NCBI GenBank assembly: GCA_963755715.1
Contig: CAVWLW010000062.1
Span: forward strand, 1-51,506
Source: an uncultured delta proteobacterium
Lineage (GTDB): Bacteria > Desulfobacterota > Binatia > UBA9968
Length of the DNA: 51,506 nucleotides
Reading direction: 5' to 3'
In this document: positions 50,292 through 51,506 of the stretch, piece after piece
How positions within the stretch are numbered: the stretch's first letter is position 1
Layout: each line of letters starts with the position of its first letter
The notes under the pieces: generated by a model
What the model was told of the DNA's origin: nothing
What the model saw: the letters and a program-made list of their open reading frames with translations, nothing else
The model's database searches: none
Made by a program: the position numbers and the translations under genes

Positions 50292-51467
50292 ATGGCGAAC
50301 CAGGATTTGAAAAGCCTCGACGAATACGAAGTTTTTCTCACCGAGAAGATGACGCCGTGGTCGCCGCAGCAGCGCGTGGCGTTGGCAGCGGCCATCGCCG
50401 AGCACTGGCTGCCGGCGTACGAGTCATTCTCCGCAGAGGAGGATTGGGGCGACCCCGCTAGCCTGCGCCGGAGTTTGGACGCGGTGTGGAGTTATGTCCA
50501 AGGGCGCGTATTAGCGGAGAGGGATGTGGCCCGCCACATCCAACAGGTCGAAGAAATCACCCCGCATATGGACGATTTCGACGCCGAGCAGGCGCTGATC
50601 GCCTGCGCGGTCATTATGGGCGCGCTGCAAACTTGCGGCGGCCCCGAAAGCACGATGCCGTACGCGCTGCGAGCGGCGCTCGGCGTCTTCGAGGGGTTGG
50701 CGCCGGAGTGGCCCGCCGACCCAATCTCCCAAGCGCGCGTCGGGAAAAAAAGCGTGATTCGCAAAGAACTCCAAACCCAATTGAAACTGATTGAGGAGAT
50801 CGACGCGCTCACGACCTTCGATGCCGAAACCGTCAAGACGCTGCGCGGCCGCATTGCCGGACTGAAGGTCAAGGCTAGCGCACGGCCAAAGCCTAAAGGG
50901 CCTCCTGCACTGACCAACCAAACGCTCTTCGATCAGTATCGCCGAATGGTCGAAAGCGATCTCAAGGGACAGGTCAAGGGGCAAGCCGCGCCGACTGCGG
51001 ATTTTTATCTCTTCGCGCTTACGTACCTTGGTTACTGGCTGGCTCGCTATTCGCGGCGGCTGCAAACCATCAATGGGAGCTACGGCCGGTTCGCCGATGA
51101 GCAGGGGCAGCGGGCTCTGATGGCGCGGAACCGCGCCCGCGACCTGGCGGAAAAAGATTCGCCGCAATGGAGCGGCGACGTGCGCAAAGCGATCGAGATG
51201 TGTTTGCAGAACAACAGCGCGATCAACGTCGTCGATGCTGCTTCCGTGGAGACGCCGCATGCGTATGGACCTTCCATGCGCCGACTATGGCTGGAAGGGC
51301 GACGAGCGGGCCAGTCGGATGCGGACGGATGGAAACAGATCCGCGCCTGGGCAAGCCACCGACCGGCGGTTTGGGAAGTCGAAGACCGGCGCAAAAAGAG
51401 AGGATTGGCTGACGCTGCGCCCGAGTTGGGGGACAACTTGCTCGAGACACTCCTGGAGATCGACTGA
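50292..51467 (+). CDS. DUF416/YjaG-like N-terminal domain protein with a long C-terminal extension; may continue past the window end
   Basis: QRVALAAAIAEHWLPAYESF....WGDP..LRRSLDAVW, ITPHMDDFD; an alternative frame at the end reads WRSTDDPIYPWAAEVDG. Confidence 0.6.
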   Translation: MANQDLKSLDEYEVFLTEKMTPWSPQQRVALAAAIAEHWLPAYESFSAEEDWGDPASLRRSLDAVWSYVQGRVLAERDVARHIQQVEEITPHMDDFDAEQALIACAVIMGALQTCGGPESTMPYALRAALGVFEGLAPEWPADPISQARVGKKSVIRKELQTQLKLIEEIDALTTFDAETVKTLRGRIAGLKVKASARPKPKGPPALTNQTLFDQYRRMVESDLKGQVKGQAAPTADFYLFALTYLGYWLARYSRRLQTINGSYGRFADEQGQRALMARNRARDLAEKDSPQWSGDVRKAIEMCLQNNSAINVVDAASVETPHAYGPSMRRLWLEGRRAGQSDADGWKQIRAWASHRPAVWEVEDRRKKRGLADAAPELGDNLLETLLEID

Positions 51468-51506
51468 CGATCCGATTTATCCTTGGGCGGCCGAGGTCGA
51501 TGGAAA

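Overview
A GC-rich bacterial chromosomal window. Gene content (many orphan SsuA/THI5-type substrate-binding proteins, amidohydrolases, UbiD enzymes) and the intergenic repeats suggest Candidatus Binatia or a related deltaproteobacterium; this taxonomy is inference only. I saw no rRNA, tRNA or CRISPR array. Layout: (i) 1-2.6 kb, secreted hydrolases and a cardiolipin-synthase fragment; (ii) ~2.7-9.0 kb, a visibly more AT-rich accessory patch with transposase remnants, two inverted-repeat pairs, a ~25-bp direct repeat, a TadE-like pilin, several unannotated micro-proteins and an SGNH hydrolase; (iii) 9-15.2 kb, MFS, VOC and three binding proteins; (iv) 15.4-17.8 kb, a compact operon of a membrane-anchored peptidoglycan amidase, a MamK-like actin and a small membrane protein, with no magnetosome or mre genes in the window (best candidate for an undescribed system); (v) 18-32.6 kb, an aromatic/N-heterocycle catabolic neighbourhood (two UbiD, 3-hydroxyanthranilate dioxygenase-like, three amidohydrolases, cyclodeaminase-like, cupin, CDGSH); (vi) 32.7-51.5 kb, mixed genes (ABC-F, M48 peptidase, AI-2E, SDH protease, ferritin-like, AKR, GST, flavin monooxygenase, DUF416). 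At least five otherwise intact genes carry 1-nt frameshifts, probably sequencing or assembly indels. Family calls come from motif recognition; no database search was run.
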